Shown in pieces: positions 1 to 15,308 of a stretch of DNA of 64,000 nucleotides. The notes below the pieces were generated by a model. That model saw only the letters and a program-made list of their open reading frames with translations, had not been told where the DNA came from and did not search any database. The stretch lies in assembly GCF_003334785.1 (NCBI RefSeq), contig NZ_QOWV01000006.1. One strand, given 5' to 3'. The translations under genes and the position numbers were made by a program. The DNA is from Escherichia coli (GTDB taxonomy: Bacteria > Pseudomonadota > Gammaproteobacteria > Enterobacterales > Enterobacteriaceae). Numbering within the stretch: position 1 is the stretch's first letter; the number at the start of each line of letters is the position of its first letter.

Positions 1-109
1 CTTGTTTCGCTTCAGAAGCGGTATAAACATCCCCTGACAGGGTGTCGTTATTAACACAACCGACAAGAGACAGACCTACCATTGAAACAACCAATACGCG
101 TTTAATCAT
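1..109 (-). CDS. slyB: Outer membrane lipoprotein SlyB, 5' end only (first 36 codons; gene runs off the left edge)
   Basis: Reverse-complement of 1-109 translates MIKRVLVVSMVGLSLVGCVNNDTLSGDVYTASEAKQ, a lipoprotein signal peptide with lipobox cysteine; divergent from anmK as in E. coli. Confidence 0.8.
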   Translation of the reverse strand, partial: MIKRVLVVSMVGLSLVGCVNNDTLSGDVYTASEAKQ

Positions 110-232
110 TGAAAAATCTCCTGTTCACCATGAAACGCCACGCAAGCATCCCTCATGGTCAAAGTATATGGCATATGTGAATCCATGGTTACATGTTCTA
201 CCAAATATGAGCAAATCATAATGAAAGTAGGA

Positions 233-249
233 TCAACCAATTATAAACA
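233..249 (-). promoter_or_regulatory. Candidate PhoP box upstream of slyB (TGTTTA-N5-GGTTGA on the minus strand)
   Basis: Direct-repeat hexamers with 5-nt spacer, one mismatch to the (T/G)GTTTA-N5-(T/G)GTTTA consensus; slyB is a known PhoP-activated gene. Confidence 0.4.
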
Positions 250-382
250 AAACATTCATGATGATTATTGATTTGAAGATAATGTTTTACTACCAACGGT
301 AAAAATCGGTCATTCCGCATGGTATTCACGAAAAGTTTATGTTTGAGTGGTGCGCAAACGTCAGATTGAAAAAGGATGAACT

Positions 383-1492
383 ATGAAATCGGGCCGCTTT
401 ATTGGCGTTATGTCAGGCACCAGCCTTGATGGTGTTGATGTTGTGTTGGCGACAATTGATGAACACCGGGTCGCACAGCTGGCAAGTTTGAGTTGGCCGA
501 TCCCGGTATCTCTGAAACAGGCTGTACTGGATATTTGCCAGGGCCAGCAGCTTACACTTTCGCAGTTTGGACAGCTTGATACTCAACTCGGGCGACTTTT
601 TGCTGATGCGGTCAATGCCTTGCTTAAGGAACAAAATCTGCAGGCAAGAGATATAGTTGCGATCGGTTGTCACGGTCAAACCGTCTGGCATGAACCGACG
701 GGCGTGGCACCACACACTTTACAGATTGGCGATAACAATCAAATTGTGGCACGCACCGGAATTACGGTTGTCGGTGATTTTCGCCGTCGCGATATTGCCT
801 TGGGAGGACAAGGCGCACCGCTGGTACCTGCGTTCCATCATGCGCTGCTGGCTCACCCAACCGAGCGACGAATGGTGCTCAATATTGGCGGCATCGCCAA
901 TCTGTCACTGCTCATTCCTGGGCAGCCGGTTGGGGGCTACGATACCGGTCCTGGTAACATGCTGATGGATGCCTGGATCTGGCGTCAGGCCGGTAAACCT
1001 TACGATAAAGATGCCGAGTGGGCACGGGCGGGTAAAGTTATTCTCCCACTGCTGCAAAATATGCTCAGCGACCCGTATTTCTCGCAACCTGCACCGAAAA
1101 GCACCGGACGCGAATACTTTAACTATGGTTGGCTGGAGCGCCATTTGCGCCATTTTCCGGGTGTTGATCCCCGAGATGTGCAGGCGACACTGGCAGAACT
1201 CACCGCCGTGACCATTTCTGAACAAGTTTTGTTGAGCGGTGGCTGCGAACGATTGATGGTATGTGGTGGAGGTAGTCGTAATCCGCTACTCATGGCGCGT
1301 CTGGCGGCATTACTGCCAGGCACAGAAGTCACCACCACCGATGCCGTTGGCATTAGTGGCGATGACATGGAAGCATTGGCTTTCGCCTGGCTTGCCTGGC
1401 GGACGCTGGCGGGATTACCAGGAAATCTGCCTTCCGTCACTGGCGCAAGCCAGGAGACGGTACTGGGGGCTATTTTCCCCGCTAACCCGTGA
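383..1492 (+). CDS. anmK: Anhydro-N-acetylmuramic acid kinase
   Basis: 369-aa ORF, recognised AnmK sequence; length matches. Confidence 0.93.
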
Positions 1493-1589
1493 TATCAGAG
1501 TTAACTGAATTTTTCTTACCGCGTCTGCCGTTACACTTGGAACGTTAGGGAGGGCGTATTGCCCTCCAGACCAGGAAAGTCTTCGGGAT

Positions 1590-1919
1590 ATGACTATGAA
1601 AAAACTGTTAATTATCATTTTGCCGGTCCTTCTCTCCGGCTGTAGCGCCTTTAATCAGCTGGTTGAGCGCATGCAAACCGATACGCTGGAATACCAGTGT
1701 GATGAAAAACCGTTGACGGTCAAACTGAATAATCCGCGCCAGGAGGTCAGTTTTGTTTACGATAATCAACTACTGCATCTCAAACAGGGCATTTCAGCCT
1801 CTGGCGCGCGTTACACTGACGGAATCTATGTTTTCTGGTCGAAAGGCGATGAAGCGACTGTCTATAAACGCGACCGCATCGTCTTGAATAACTGTCAGTT
1901 ACAAAATCCACAGCGTTGA
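1590..1919 (+). CDS. mliC: Membrane-bound lysozyme inhibitor of C-type lysozyme (lipoprotein)
   Basis: 109-aa ORF with lipoprotein signal (LLSGC); recognised MliC. Confidence 0.9.
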   Translation: MTMKKLLIIILPVLLSGCSAFNQLVERMQTDTLEYQCDEKPLTVKLNNPRQEVSFVYDNQLLHLKQGISASGARYTDGIYVFWSKGDEATVYKRDRIVLNNCQLQNPQR

Positions 1920-1977
1920 GATTTTTCCAGGGGCGGCGCACAATAGCGTCACCCACTGACAATCCGTAAAGAAAACC

Positions 1978-2634
1978 ATGTCTGATAACGACGAATTGCA
2001 GCAAATCGCGCATCTGCGCCGTGAATACACCAAAGGCGGGTTACGCCGCCGCGATCTTCCCGCCGATCCATTAACCCTTTTTGAACGTTGGCTCTCTCAG
2101 GCTTGTGAAGCCAAACTGGCGGACCCTACCGCGATGGTGGTCGCTACCGTGGATGAACATGGTCAGCCTTATCAGCGCATCGTTTTACTCAAACATTACG
2201 ACGAAAAAGGCATGGTGTTTTACACCAACCTCGGCAGCCGTAAAGCACATCAAATCGAAAATAATCCGCGCGTTAGCCTGCTGTTCCCGTGGCATACCCT
2301 TGAGCGCCAGGTGATGGTGATCGGTAAAGCAGAACGACTTTCGACTCTCGAAGTGATGAAATATTTTCATAGCCGCCCGCGTGATAGCCAGATTGGTGCA
2401 TGGGTTTCGAAGCAGTCCAGTCGCATTTCTGCCCGCGGTATCCTTGAAAGTAAATTCCTGGAGCTGAAGCAGAAGTTTCAACAGGGCGAAGTGCCATTGC
2501 CGAGCTTTTGGGGCGGTTTTCGCGTCAGCCTTGAACAGATTGAGTTCTGGCAGGGTGGTGAGCATCGCCTGCATGACCGCTTTTTGTACCAGCGTGAAAA
2601 TGATGCGTGGAAGATTGATCGTCTTGCACCCTGA
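1978..2634 (+). CDS. pdxH: Pyridoxine/pyridoxamine 5'-phosphate oxidase
   Basis: 218-aa ORF, recognised PdxH. Confidence 0.95.
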
Positions 2635-2762
2635 AAAGATGCAAAAATCTTGCTTTAATCGCTGGTACTCCTGATTCTGGCACTTTATTCTATGTCTCTT
2701 TCGCATCTGGCGAAAAGTCGTGTACCGGCAAAGGTGCAGTCGTTATATACATGGAGATTTTG

Positions 2763-4037
2763 ATGGCAAGCAGTAACTTGATTAAACAATTGCAAGAGCG
2801 GGGGCTGGTAGCCCAGGTGACGGACGAGGAAGCGTTAGCAGAGCGACTGGCGCAAGGCCCGATCGCGCTCTATTGCGGCTTCGATCCTACCGCTGACAGC
2901 TTGCATTTGGGGCATCTTGTTCCATTGTTATGCCTGAAACGCTTCCAGCAGGCGGGCCACAAGCCGGTTGCGCTGGTAGGCGGCGCGACGGGTCTGATTG
3001 GCGACCCGAGCTTCAAAGCTGCCGAGCGTAAGCTGAACACCGAAGAAACTGTTCAGGAGTGGGTGGACAAAATCCGTAAGCAGGTTGCCCCGTTCCTCGA
3101 TTTCGACTGTGGAGAAAACTCTGCTATCGCGGCGAACAACTATGACTGGTTCGGCAATATGAATGTGCTGACCTTCCTGCGCGATATTGGCAAACACTTC
3201 TCCGTTAACCAGATGATCAACAAAGAAGCGGTTAAGCAGCGTCTCAACCGTGAAGATCAGGGGATTTCGTTCACTGAGTTTTCCTACAACCTGTTGCAGG
3301 GTTATGACTTCGCCTGTCTGAACAAACAGTACGGTGTGGTGCTGCAAATTGGTGGTTCTGACCAGTGGGGTAACATCACTTCTGGTATCGACCTGACCCG
3401 TCGTCTGCATCAGAATCAGGTGTTTGGCCTGACCGTTCCGCTGATCACTAAAGCAGATGGCACCAAATTTGGTAAAACTGAAGGCGGCGCAGTCTGGTTG
3501 GATCCGAAGAAAACCAGCCCGTACAAATTCTACCAGTTCTGGATCAACACTGCGGATGCCGACGTTTACCGCTTCCTGAAGTTCTTCACCTTTATGAGCA
3601 TTGAAGAGATCAACGCCCTGGAAGAAGAAGATAAAAACAGCGGTAAAGCACCGCGCGCCCAGTATGTACTGGCGGAGCAGGTGACTCGTCTGGTTCACGG
3701 TGAAGAAGGTTTACAGGCGGCAAAACGTATTACCGAATGCCTGTTCAGCGGTTCTTTGAGTGCGCTGAGTGAAGCGGACTTCGAACAGCTGGCGCAGGAC
3801 GGCGTACCGATGGTTGAGATGGAAAAGGGCGCAGACCTGATGCAGGCACTGGTCGATTCTGAACTGCAACCTTCCCGTGGTCAGGCACGTAAAACTATCG
3901 CCTCCAATGCCATCACCATTAACGGTGAAAAACAGTCCGATCCTGAATACTTCTTTAAAGAAGAAGATCGTCTGTTTGGTCGTTTTACCTTACTGCGTCG
4001 CGGTAAAAAGAATTACTGTCTGATTTGCTGGAAATAA
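2763..4037 (+). CDS. tyrS: Tyrosyl-tRNA synthetase
   Basis: Class I aaRS HLGH motif (GHLVPL) and KFGKT (KMSKS-type) motif; 424 aa from MASSNL (ORF track starts 4 codons upstream at 2751). Confidence 0.95.
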
Positions 4038-4052
4038 TGCATTAAGTGGAAA

Positions 4053-4085
4053 GGGGGAGTGAGAAATCACTCCCCCTGGTTTTTA
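4053..4085 (+). terminator. Rho-independent terminator after tyrS
   Basis: GC-rich stem GGGGGAGTGA/TCACTCCCCC followed by a T-run. Confidence 0.7.
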
Positions 4086-4095
4086 TACAGGGAAC

Positions 4096-4959
4096 ATGAT
4101 GAAAAATATTCTCGCTATCCAGTCTCACGTTGTTTATGGTCATGCGGGTAACAGTGCGGCAGAGTTTCCGATGCGCCGCCTGGGCGCGAACGTCTGGCCG
4201 CTGAACACCGTTCAATTTTCTAATCACACCCAATACGGCAAATGGACTGGCTGCGTGATGCCGCCCAGCCATTTAACCGAAATTGTGCAAGGCATTGCCG
4301 CCATTGATAAATTACACACCTGTGATGCCGTATTAAGTGGCTATCTGGGATCGGCGGAGCAGGGTGAACATATCCTCGGTATCGTCCGTCAGGTGAAAGC
4401 CGCGAATCCGCAGGCGAAATATTTTTGCGATCCGGTAATGGGTCATCCGGAAAAAGGCTGTATCGTTGCACCGGGTGTCGCAGAGTTTCATGTGCGGCAC
4501 GGTTTGCCTGCCAGCGATATCATTGCGCCAAATCTGGTTGAGCTGGAAATACTCTGTGAGCATGCGGTAAATAACGTCGAAGAAGCGGTTCTGGCAGCGC
4601 GCGAACTCATTGCGCAAGGGCCACAAATTGTGTTGGTTAAACACCTGGCGCGAGCTGGCTACAGCCGTGACCGTTTTGAAATGCTGCTGGTCACCGCCGA
4701 TGAAGCCTGGCATATCAGCCGTCCGCTGGTGGATTTTGGTATGCGCCAGCCGGTAGGTGTTGGTGATGTGACGAGCGGTTTACTGCTGGTGAAACTGCTT
4801 CAGGGGGCAACGCTGCAGGAGGCGCTGGAACATGTGACCGCTGCAGTCTACGAAATCATGGTGACCACCAAAGCAATGCAGGAATATGAGCTGCAAGTGG
4901 TGGCTGCTCAGGATCGTATTGCCAAACCAGAACATTACTTCAGCGCAACAAAGCTCTGA
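4096..4959 (+). CDS. pdxY: Pyridoxal kinase 2
   Basis: 287-aa ORF, recognised PdxY (ribokinase-like fold). Confidence 0.95.
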   Translation: MMKNILAIQSHVVYGHAGNSAAEFPMRRLGANVWPLNTVQFSNHTQYGKWTGCVMPPSHLTEIVQGIAAIDKLHTCDAVLSGYLGSAEQGEHILGIVRQVKAANPQAKYFCDPVMGHPEKGCIVAPGVAEFHVRHGLPASDIIAPNLVELEILCEHAVNNVEEAVLAARELIAQGPQIVLVKHLARAGYSRDRFEMLLVTADEAWHISRPLVDFGMRQPVGVGDVTSGLLLVKLLQGATLQEALEHVTAAVYEIMVTTKAMQEYELQVVAAQDRIAKPEHYFSATKL

Positions 4960-4971
4960 AATATCTCATTT

Positions 4972-4995
4972 CGGCCCACAACGACCTGTGGGCCG
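4972..4995. terminator. Hairpin between convergent pdxY and gstA (possible bidirectional terminator)
   Basis: Inverted repeat CGGCCCACA...TGTGGGCCG; weak flanking U-tracts. Confidence 0.4.
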
Positions 4996-5002
4996 ATGGC
5001 TA

Positions 5003-5608
5003 TTACTTTAAGCCTTCCGCTGACAGCGCGTCTTGTACTTCCGGACGTTCAGCCATACGTTGCATAAATGCTGCAATGTGCTCTAACCCTTCCAGATTCA
5101 GTTTCACCGCGTATGCCCAGCGCAGAACCGTAAACAGATAGGCATCAGCAATTGTAAATCTTTGCCCGCAGATCCAGTGCTCATCCTTCAGTGCCTCGTT
5201 CACATATTGCAGCTTCTTCTCCAGCTGCGCGCGAACTGTCGGTTTGTACTCTTCCGGTGTATCAGGGCGAAACAGAGGTGTGAAACCTTTATGCAGCTCG
5301 GTGGCGATGTAATTCAGCCATTCGATGGTTTTATAGCGGGAAATACTGTTTACCGGTGCCAGCAACTGGCGGTCGGGGACGCTGTCGGCAAGATACTGCA
5401 TAATCGCTACGCCTTCCGTCAGCAAAGTACCGTCATCCAGCAGCAATGCAGGCACCTGCCCCTTAGGGTTAACGGCAAAGTAATCGTCACCGTTTTCGAG
5501 ACGTTTTTTCATTAAATCCACACTGACGAGGGTAAAATCCTTTCCGCTCTCACGCAGGGTGATATGGGAAGCGAGAGAGCAGGCACCCGGTTTGTAGAAC
5601 AATTTCAT
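5003..5608 (-). CDS. gstA: Glutathione S-transferase
   Basis: 201-aa ORF, recognised GstA. Confidence 0.95.
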
Positions 5609-5656
5609 CGGTAACTCCTTTTGTCTGTGGTTTAAAGTATGGTAGTGCGTTGCTGA

Positions 5657-5690
5657 ACAAAAAAAAAGCCGCTAACGAAAAGTTAGCGGC
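5657..5690 (-). terminator. Rho-independent terminator after dtpA
   Basis: Stem GCCGCTAAC...GTTAGCGGC followed on the minus strand by a 9-nt U-run. Confidence 0.7.
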
Positions 5691-5713
5691 TTGTAAAAGA
5701 GTTTCCCTGAATT

Positions 5714-7216
5714 TTACGCTACGGCTGCTTTCGCCGCTTTGTCTGCAGCGTCATCCTGCGTCATGCGGTGCAGTTTCGGCGCGGTCAGCAGCATCAGTAC
5801 TGCAATAACGGCAGTAGCGACACCAATCTGCAAGAATACGCGACCATAGACTTCCAGTGACATCAGCGGATCGGTAACGTTATCCGGCACAGCCATCATA
5901 CCCGCAACATAACCACCAATCAGGTTTGCACCGGCAGTGGTCAGGAACCAGCTACCCATAATGAAGCCCATCAGACGCTGCGGAACGAGTTGAGCAACCA
6001 TTGCCAGACCCAGACCAGAGATCATCAGTTCCCCGATGCTCTGCAGGCCATAGCTTGCGACCAGCCAGCTTACAGACACGATACCAGCGTCAGACGCGAA
6101 TTTCGCACCCAGCGGCAGAATCAGGAACGCACCAGAACACATCACCTTGCCGATTGCAAACTTGGTTGGCATCGGCAGGGTATCGCCCATCTTGTTATAG
6201 ATAGCGGCCAGAATCGGACTACCGATGATGATCCAGAACGGGTTCAGTGCCTGATACTGCTCAGGTTCTACGGCCAGACCCAGAATGGAGTGCTCAACGT
6301 TACGAATCGCAAAGAAGTTCAGTGACGTTGGCATCTGGCTGTACAGCACGAAGAAGATAATGGCTTCGAGCATCAGGATGAAGGCAACGATCATTTTACG
6401 ACGCGCAGCACCTTTCATCGCGAAGGCTTCTTTACCGAAGATAACCACGATACCGAAGGCAACAACGCCCAGCGCCATACGCGCAACTTCCTGATTGTGC
6501 AGCAGCCAGGTGGCGATAGCGATCAGTGCCACAACACCAATAATGGTCAGCAGCAGGTTACGGTAGTTGATAGGCTCGAAGTCTGGTTTTGAACCGTACT
6601 GTTTAACCCAGCGTTGGCAGAAGGCGAAGTTAACGATAGTGATCAGCAGGCCTACAACGCTCAACGCAAACGCAACACTCCAGCCGTATTTCGCGGCCAG
6701 CCACGGCGTAGCAATCATAGAGAAGAAAGAGCCGATGTTGACGGACATGTAGTACATGGTGAATGCACCGTCCAGACGCGGGTCGTTTTTCTCATAGCAT
6801 GTAGAAAGCAGAGAAGACGGGTTAGCTTTAAACAGGCCGTTACCGACCGCAATAGCCGCCATACCCATATAAACGATACCGGCGTCGTGACCAGACCAGG
6901 CAACCAGAGCATAACCAATCGCCAGCACAATAGCGCCGAGCATAATTACGCGTTTAGTACCCAGTACCTTGTCACCTAACCAGCCGCCGATAGCGACCAG
7001 ACCATAAACCAGGGCACTAAAGGAAGAGAAAAGGGTGATTGAATCCGCTTCAGACATACCCAGTTGTTTAACCAGGTAAACAGCCATAATTCCTTGTAGG
7101 CCGTAATAACCAAAACGTTCCCATAACTCAATCGAGAAGATGAGATAGAACGCCTTCGGTTGTTTGAAAGCGTTCAAACTGACGCTTTCAGTTGGTTTTT
7201 GGTTTGCAGTGGACAC
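5714..7216 (-). CDS. dtpA: Dipeptide/tripeptide:H+ symporter (POT family)
   Basis: 500-aa polytopic membrane ORF, recognised DtpA/TppB. Confidence 0.95.
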   Translation of the reverse strand: MSTANQKPTESVSLNAFKQPKAFYLIFSIELWERFGYYGLQGIMAVYLVKQLGMSEADSITLFSSFSALVYGLVAIGGWLGDKVLGTKRVIMLGAIVLAIGYALVAWSGHDAGIVYMGMAAIAVGNGLFKANPSSLLSTCYEKNDPRLDGAFTMYYMSVNIGSFFSMIATPWLAAKYGWSVAFALSVVGLLITIVNFAFCQRWVKQYGSKPDFEPINYRNLLLTIIGVVALIAIATWLLHNQEVARMALGVVAFGIVVIFGKEAFAMKGAARRKMIVAFILMLEAIIFFVLYSQMPTSLNFFAIRNVEHSILGLAVEPEQYQALNPFWIIIGSPILAAIYNKMGDTLPMPTKFAIGKVMCSGAFLILPLGAKFASDAGIVSVSWLVASYGLQSIGELMISGLGLAMVAQLVPQRLMGFIMGSWFLTTAGANLIGGYVAGMMAVPDNVTDPLMSLEVYGRVFLQIGVATAVIAVLMLLTAPKLHRMTQDDAADKAAKAAVA

Positions 7217-7826
7217 TTTTACCTCTTTTTTTACATCCCATATTAACGGGGGTGCTTTCTCGCGTTATGTATAAAAAACATACGCGCAATTGTTATAGTG
7301 GGAGGGGAAACGGCAGGTAATGTTCACTATCTTGCACTTTCAGACAAGTCCTTTGTAATAATCTGTTACATATAACTGAGGCGGGGAATTCAACCATTCC
7401 GGGAAATGTTATCCAGCGTTAAATTTTTCAAAAAACGTAACGGCAGATTTTTTCACTGCACTGAGAGGGGGGTGATGGCTTAACGGCGATATGTTCTGCT
7501 ATTTAGCGTTTTTACTAGTGAGATAGTCCAGTTTCTGAAAAATAGCCAGTGTAATGTTTTGTAGGTCAATATTTGTTGCGTGTGTAAATTTAAATGATTT
7601 TAACCTGATTCTTGCAATGTTTTTACATTGCGACAGCATCGTGATCTTGATCACGAATGAATAGAAAATTTCGCTATTAAAAAAACAATTAACCTGCATT
7701 TTTGGTTATCCGCAAACGGATTACCTGATGATAACGCTAAGCAATGGCATCATTGACGTTAAAAAGATGTTTTAAAAGAGGATAAAGAAAGGTTATCAAT
7801 GGGGTAATCGGTGTTACCCCTTTTCT

Positions 7827-8462
7827 TCAGATGTCAACTTTCTCTTTGTATTCACAAAGATCTTCAATAATACAAGAGCCACAGCGGGGCTTGCGGGCAA
7901 TGCAGGTATAACGCCCGTGCAGGATCAACCAATGGTGGCAGTCGACTTTAAACTCTGCTGGAACCACTTTCAGTAGCTTTTCTTCTACCTGTTCGACGTT
8001 TTTCCCCGGCGCAAATTGAGTACGATTACAAACGCGGAAAATGTGCGTGTCGACAGCAATAGTCGGCCAGCCGAATGCAGTGTTTAATACGACGTTGGCT
8101 GTTTTACGACCTACGCCGGGCAGGGCTTCAAGCGCAGCACGATCTTCCGGAACCTCGCCATTATGCTGCTCCAGCAAGATACGGCAGGTTTTGATGATAT
8201 TTTCTGCTTTGCTGTTATAAAGCCCAATCGTTTTGATATAGGTTTTCACCCCTTCAACGCCCAGTTCAAGCATCGCTGCAGGCGTATTCGCCACCGGGTA
8301 GAGTTTCGCCGTCGCCTTATTAACACTGACATCGGTCGCCTGAGCGGAAAGCAGTACGGCAATCAGCAATTCAAAAGGCGAACTGAAATTAAGCTCGGTG
8401 GTGGGATGAGGATTGTTCTCACGCAGGCGAGTGAGGATCTCCAGGCGTTTTGCTTTATTCAT
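7827..8462 (-). CDS. nth: Endonuclease III (DNA glycosylase/AP lyase)
   Basis: 211-aa ORF with C-terminal CX6CX2CX5C [4Fe-4S] motif; recognised Nth. Confidence 0.95.
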   Translation of the reverse strand: MNKAKRLEILTRLRENNPHPTTELNFSSPFELLIAVLLSAQATDVSVNKATAKLYPVANTPAAMLELGVEGVKTYIKTIGLYNSKAENIIKTCRILLEQHNGEVPEDRAALEALPGVGRKTANVVLNTAFGWPTIAVDTHIFRVCNRTQFAPGKNVEQVEEKLLKVVPAEFKVDCHHWLILHGRYTCIARKPRCGSCIIEDLCEYKEKVDI

Positions 8463-9157
8463 CAGACATTCCCTGTTTCACCGTTTGGCAATGCACGTTC
8501 TGCAGCTGCTTCAGCACGGCGCTTTTTCATTCTTTCATCAATCAGGTATTTTCCTGCCAGCATCAGTCCCAGGCCAATAAATGCACCTGGTGGCAGCATC
8601 GCCAGCAGGAAAGGGGAGTCGGTGTGGAAAATCTCCACGCGTAATACTTTTGCCCAGCTACCTAACAGCGCATCTGCACCGTCAAACAATGTGCCATTGC
8701 CGATAATTTCGCGTAGTGAACCCAGCACGAACATGGCGCAGGTTGCGCCCATACCAATTGAAAAGCCGTCCAGTGCCGAAAGCGCCGGACCTTTTTTGGC
8801 GGCGAAGGCTTCAGCGCGGCCCACAACGATACAGTTAGTGACAATCAGCGGAATAAAAATCCCTAATGATTGATACAGGCCAAAGGCGTAGGCGTTGATC
8901 AGCATCTGTACAGCGCTGACCACCGAGGCGATGATCATCACGTAAATGGGAATGCGGATCTCGGCTGGCGTCCAGTGACGCAGCGTCGAAATGGTCAGGT
9001 TGGTCAGCGTCAGTACCAGCGTAGTCGCAAGTCCTAAACCCAGAGCGTTAGTGGCAGTGGACGTGACCGCCAACAGAGGACAAAGGCCGAGCAACTGGAC
9101 CAGCGCAGAGTTGTTTTTCCACAACCCCTGAACAATAACGTCTTTAATTTCGCTCAC
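8462..9157 (-). CDS. rsxE: Rnf-type ion-translocating complex subunit E
   Basis: 231-aa membrane ORF, last gene of the rsx operon, 1-nt overlap with nth. Confidence 0.9.
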   Translation of the reverse strand: MSEIKDVIVQGLWKNNSALVQLLGLCPLLAVTSTATNALGLGLATTLVLTLTNLTISTLRHWTPAEIRIPIYVMIIASVVSAVQMLINAYAFGLYQSLGIFIPLIVTNCIVVGRAEAFAAKKGPALSALDGFSIGMGATCAMFVLGSLREIIGNGTLFDGADALLGSWAKVLRVEIFHTDSPFLLAMLPPGAFIGLGLMLAGKYLIDERMKKRRAEAAAERALPNGETGNV

Positions 9158-9160
9158 GCT

Positions 9161-9781
9161 TTATTCTCCACAGGCAGGAAGTTGAGAAAGTTGTGCCGGT
9201 AACGTCTGAGCGTACAATCCGGCGCGTTTTACCGCATTAACCACCGCGCGGGGAGTAATCGTCGCGCCGGTGAACTGGTCGAAATCACCACCATCTTTCT
9301 TCACCGCCCAGTGCGCATCATCTGCACCACTGATTTTTTTACCCGCAAAATGGGTGATCCAGTCAGAAAGGCGCAGTTCGATTTTATCGCCAAGCCCTGG
9401 CGTTTCGTGGTGCTCTGTCACGCGCGTGCCAAGTACCGTGCCGTTAAAATCGGCTCCCACCAGCAGCTGAATCGCACCGGAATAGCCATCTGGCGCGGTT
9501 GCTTCCAGAACGGCGGCTACCGGTTTGTCATCCTGTTTGGCGATGTAAACCCGATGCTCACCTTTACCTAACTCTGGCGCAGTTACCAGATAGCAACTCT
9601 GTGCCAGCGCATTGTTATAGCGTTCGGCTGGCAGCACCTGATCAAATAACGCCTTTTGTTGCAGACTGGCCTGTTCAGCAATCGTCGTTTTGGTCATCTG
9701 GTTGATGGCCGCAGTTAACCCTGTTGAACCCGCTGCAAATAGCGCCAACGTAATGCCGTGTTTTCGGATAGTTTTCAGCAT
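9161..9781 (-). CDS. rsxG: Rnf-type complex subunit G (FMN-binding)
   Basis: 206-aa ORF, recognised RsxG. Confidence 0.9.
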   Translation of the reverse strand: MLKTIRKHGITLALFAAGSTGLTAAINQMTKTTIAEQASLQQKALFDQVLPAERYNNALAQSCYLVTAPELGKGEHRVYIAKQDDKPVAAVLEATAPDGYSGAIQLLVGADFNGTVLGTRVTEHHETPGLGDKIELRLSDWITHFAGKKISGADDAHWAVKKDGGDFDQFTGATITPRAVVNAVKRAGLYAQTLPAQLSQLPACGE

Positions 9782-9784
9782 GGT

Positions 9785-10843
9785 TTACCCTTTGCGATGG
9801 CCGTAGACGCGCGGACGCGTGTAGTAATCGATCAGAGGAACCGTGATGTTCGCCAGCAGGACGGCAAAAGCCACGCCGTCAGGATAGCCGCCGAAACTGC
9901 GGATCAACCAGACTAATAAGCCCGCAAGCGCGCCGAAAATAAGACGACCACGATTGGTCGTAGAAGCGGTAACCGGGTCAGTCAAAATAAAGAATGCGCC
10001 GAGCATGGTCGCTCCAGACAGCAGATGAATTTGCGGTGCTGCCAGTGTTTCTGGTGAGAACAACCAGCCCAACATTGCGCATAACGCCAGCGTTACTAAG
10101 AAGCTGAGGGGAATATGCCAGCGAATCGCTTTCTGCCATAGCAACCATACGCCGCCAGCCAGCCAGGCGAGATTTACCCATTGCCAACCAGCGCCCGCCA
10201 GAATACCGCTGTAGATCGGATATTGCATAATCTGTTCAACCGAATGACCGGCACGGACAGAGGTTTTAAATGTATCCAGCGGTGTCGCCTGACTAATGCC
10301 ATCAATACCTAAGCGTAGTGTGTTCATATCACCACCACTGGCGGTATGACCGCTAAAAATAACCTGGATGGCGTCGATAAAACCAGGGATGTTGACCGCA
10401 ATTTCATGTGGCGGTAACCAGCTGGTCATCTGCACGGGGAAGGAGATCAGTAAGACCACATAACCAATCATTGCCGGATTAAACGGGTTTTGTCCCAGAC
10501 CGCCATACAACTGTTTAGCGATGATCACCGCAAACACCGTACCCAGCACGACCATCCACCATGGCGCGAGGGGGGGAATACTTACCGCCAGCAATAAGCC
10601 TGTCAGCAATGCTGAGTTATCTTTCAACGTTGCGGCTACCGACTGCTTGCGTAGTTTGAGTACGAGAGCTTCGGCTAACAGAGCACTAACCGATGCCAAC
10701 AGGATCTGAACGAGAGTACCCCAACCAAAAAACCACAGTTGCGCTGCGATTCCTGGCACGGCTGCGAGCAACACCAACAGCATAATGCGCGATGTCTGGC
10801 GCTGGTTATGGGTATAAGGGGAGCTAGCTATTCTGAATACCAT
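9785..10843 (-). CDS. rsxD: Rnf-type complex subunit D
   Basis: 352-aa membrane ORF, recognised RsxD. Confidence 0.9.
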   Translation of the reverse strand: MVFRIASSPYTHNQRQTSRIMLLVLLAAVPGIAAQLWFFGWGTLVQILLASVSALLAEALVLKLRKQSVAATLKDNSALLTGLLLAVSIPPLAPWWMVVLGTVFAVIIAKQLYGGLGQNPFNPAMIGYVVLLISFPVQMTSWLPPHEIAVNIPGFIDAIQVIFSGHTASGGDMNTLRLGIDGISQATPLDTFKTSVRAGHSVEQIMQYPIYSGILAGAGWQWVNLAWLAGGVWLLWQKAIRWHIPLSFLVTLALCAMLGWLFSPETLAAPQIHLLSGATMLGAFFILTDPVTASTTNRGRLIFGALAGLLVWLIRSFGGYPDGVAFAVLLANITVPLIDYYTRPRVYGHRKG

Positions 10844-13636
<2,793 letters not shown>

Positions 13637-13637
<1 letters not shown>

Positions 13638-14218
13638 TACAACTTCACCAAACCACTAAAGCCCATAAAGGCCAGAGACATAAGACCTGCGGTAATTAAC
13701 GCAATGGCATTACCGCGAAAAGGTGCCGGGACATCAGCCACAGCAAGGCGTTCGCGGATGGCGGCGAAGAGCACCATCACCAGCGAGAAACCGACAGCGG
13801 CGGAAAAACCGTACAGCGCCGACTGCAAGAAATTGTGCCCGAGATTGATATTCAGCAACGCCACGCCGAGCACTGCACAGTTGGTGGTGATAAGCGGCAA
13901 AAAAATCCCCAGCAGACGGTAAAGCACCGGGCTGGTTTTGCGCACCACCATCTCGGTGAACTGCACGACCACAGCAATCACCAGAATAAATGCCAGGGTG
14001 CGCAGGTAAATCAGATTAAGTGGGATCAAAATCCACGTATCGATAAGCCAGGCGCAAATAGACGCCAGCGTCATCACAAACGTTGTTGCCAGCCCCATGC
14101 CCATCGCGGTTTCCAGTTTTTTGGAAACCCCCATAAACGGACAGAGACCGAGAAACTTGACCAGTACAAAGTTATTGACCAGTACAGTTCCGACAAACAG
14201 TAACAGGTAGTCAGTCAT
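13637..14218 (-). CDS. rsxA: Rnf-type complex subunit A
   Basis: 193-aa membrane ORF, first gene of the rsx operon. Confidence 0.9.
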
Positions 14219-14294
14219 TTTTCGGCCTGAAATAAAAAAGCCGCCTATTATCCGTTAATCCAGAGCAGGCGACAACAGGTTAACTGTAAGGTTA

Positions 14295-14735
14295 TTACGG
14301 ATTCACAAACGTCGCTTTTACCCGCGACGAGCGTTTGAAATAGGGGACGATCAATGCGGTTGCCAACAAAGTAAACAGCAACTGGCGAACGGCTATGCCA
14401 TCTTCCACGGGTGAAAAAGCGAATGCTTTTACTGCCAGCAATACGGAAATAAGCAGCCAGATAATATAGTGTTTAGGAACACAACGCCGACGTTTAAAGA
14501 AAGCGATGGTCAACCACAGTGTGTAATACCACAAGGCGATAGCGGTAATAAAAGAAACGCCCCATAAGATTTGTGTCGTCAGTGCTTGTCCGCCGAGCGT
14601 TTGAAATGTTTGCGGAGAAGATAACGCAGCGGTATACAGCAACAACGCCAGCGTCGTACTCAACAGAGCGACTAAAAGCCAGGCCAACGGGCCAAGCAAC
14701 CAGCCTCCAATACGTTGTGGCGTTGTGGTGGTCAT
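14295..14735 (-). CDS. ydgK: Inner membrane protein YdgK
   Basis: Hydrophobic ORF; 146 aa from MTTTTPQ (ORF track extends to 14759). Confidence 0.8.
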   Translation of the reverse strand: MTTTTPQRIGGWLLGPLAWLLVALLSTTLALLLYTAALSSPQTFQTLGGQALTTQILWGVSFITAIALWYYTLWLTIAFFKRRRCVPKHYIIWLLISVLLAVKAFAFSPVEDGIAVRQLLFTLLATALIVPYFKRSSRVKATFVNP

Positions 14736-14820
14736 AGGTTCTCCAGAATAGCGACGCAAACAGGCAAATCTAATTTTAGGGGCGTTATTATAAGGCTTTT
14801 ATAACCGATCGCTACTTTCT

Positions 14821-15036
14821 TTATTGGACATAGTGCCAGACGGACTTCGGTACCTGGCCGAGGTCAAACAAACGCCCGCCAGAAACCAGCTCTGCGCGAC
14901 GGTGATCGGCAGCACGATACATATTGATCAGTTCCTGATCGTCCGTCAGGGTGTAATTAAGATGGTCGTAGAGTTTTTCCAGACTTTCGAGTGAACTGAT
15001 TTTGCGAAATTTTAATAAGTAGTCCTGAACAGTCAT
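14821..15036 (-). CDS. cnu: Hha-family nucleoid-associated protein Cnu (YdgT)
   Basis: 71-aa ORF, recognised Cnu. Confidence 0.9.
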
Positions 15037-15308
15037 AAAAGGTCCATAAAATAATTAATACCAAAGGGGTAGGTATTATTAGTGATGATAAAATTTCACC
15101 AAAAGTGAACGCTTGTGTTATTACAATAATAAGAATGCGCTGATGGCAAATATTCAGGGATGAAAAACTGCTCTGAAAAGAGTAACGCGCTTTACTATCC
15201 CTGACAATCACCAACAACATCGAACAAGATAATAAATTCCTGGTTTAATATCCGACAAGTGAAAACATGCACCCGGACGGGCAGCATGTCGCTCCACAAG
15301 TGCAGAGC

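Noticed and set aside
2928-3698. 256-aa minus-strand ORF
   Set aside because: Lies entirely antisense within tyrS; no independent signal.
7499-7699. 66-aa minus-strand ORF in the dtpA upstream region
   Set aside because: AT-rich promoter/leader region of dtpA; no recognisable protein features.
8163-8873. 236-aa plus-strand ORF
   Set aside because: Antisense to the nth/rsxE junction; spurious.
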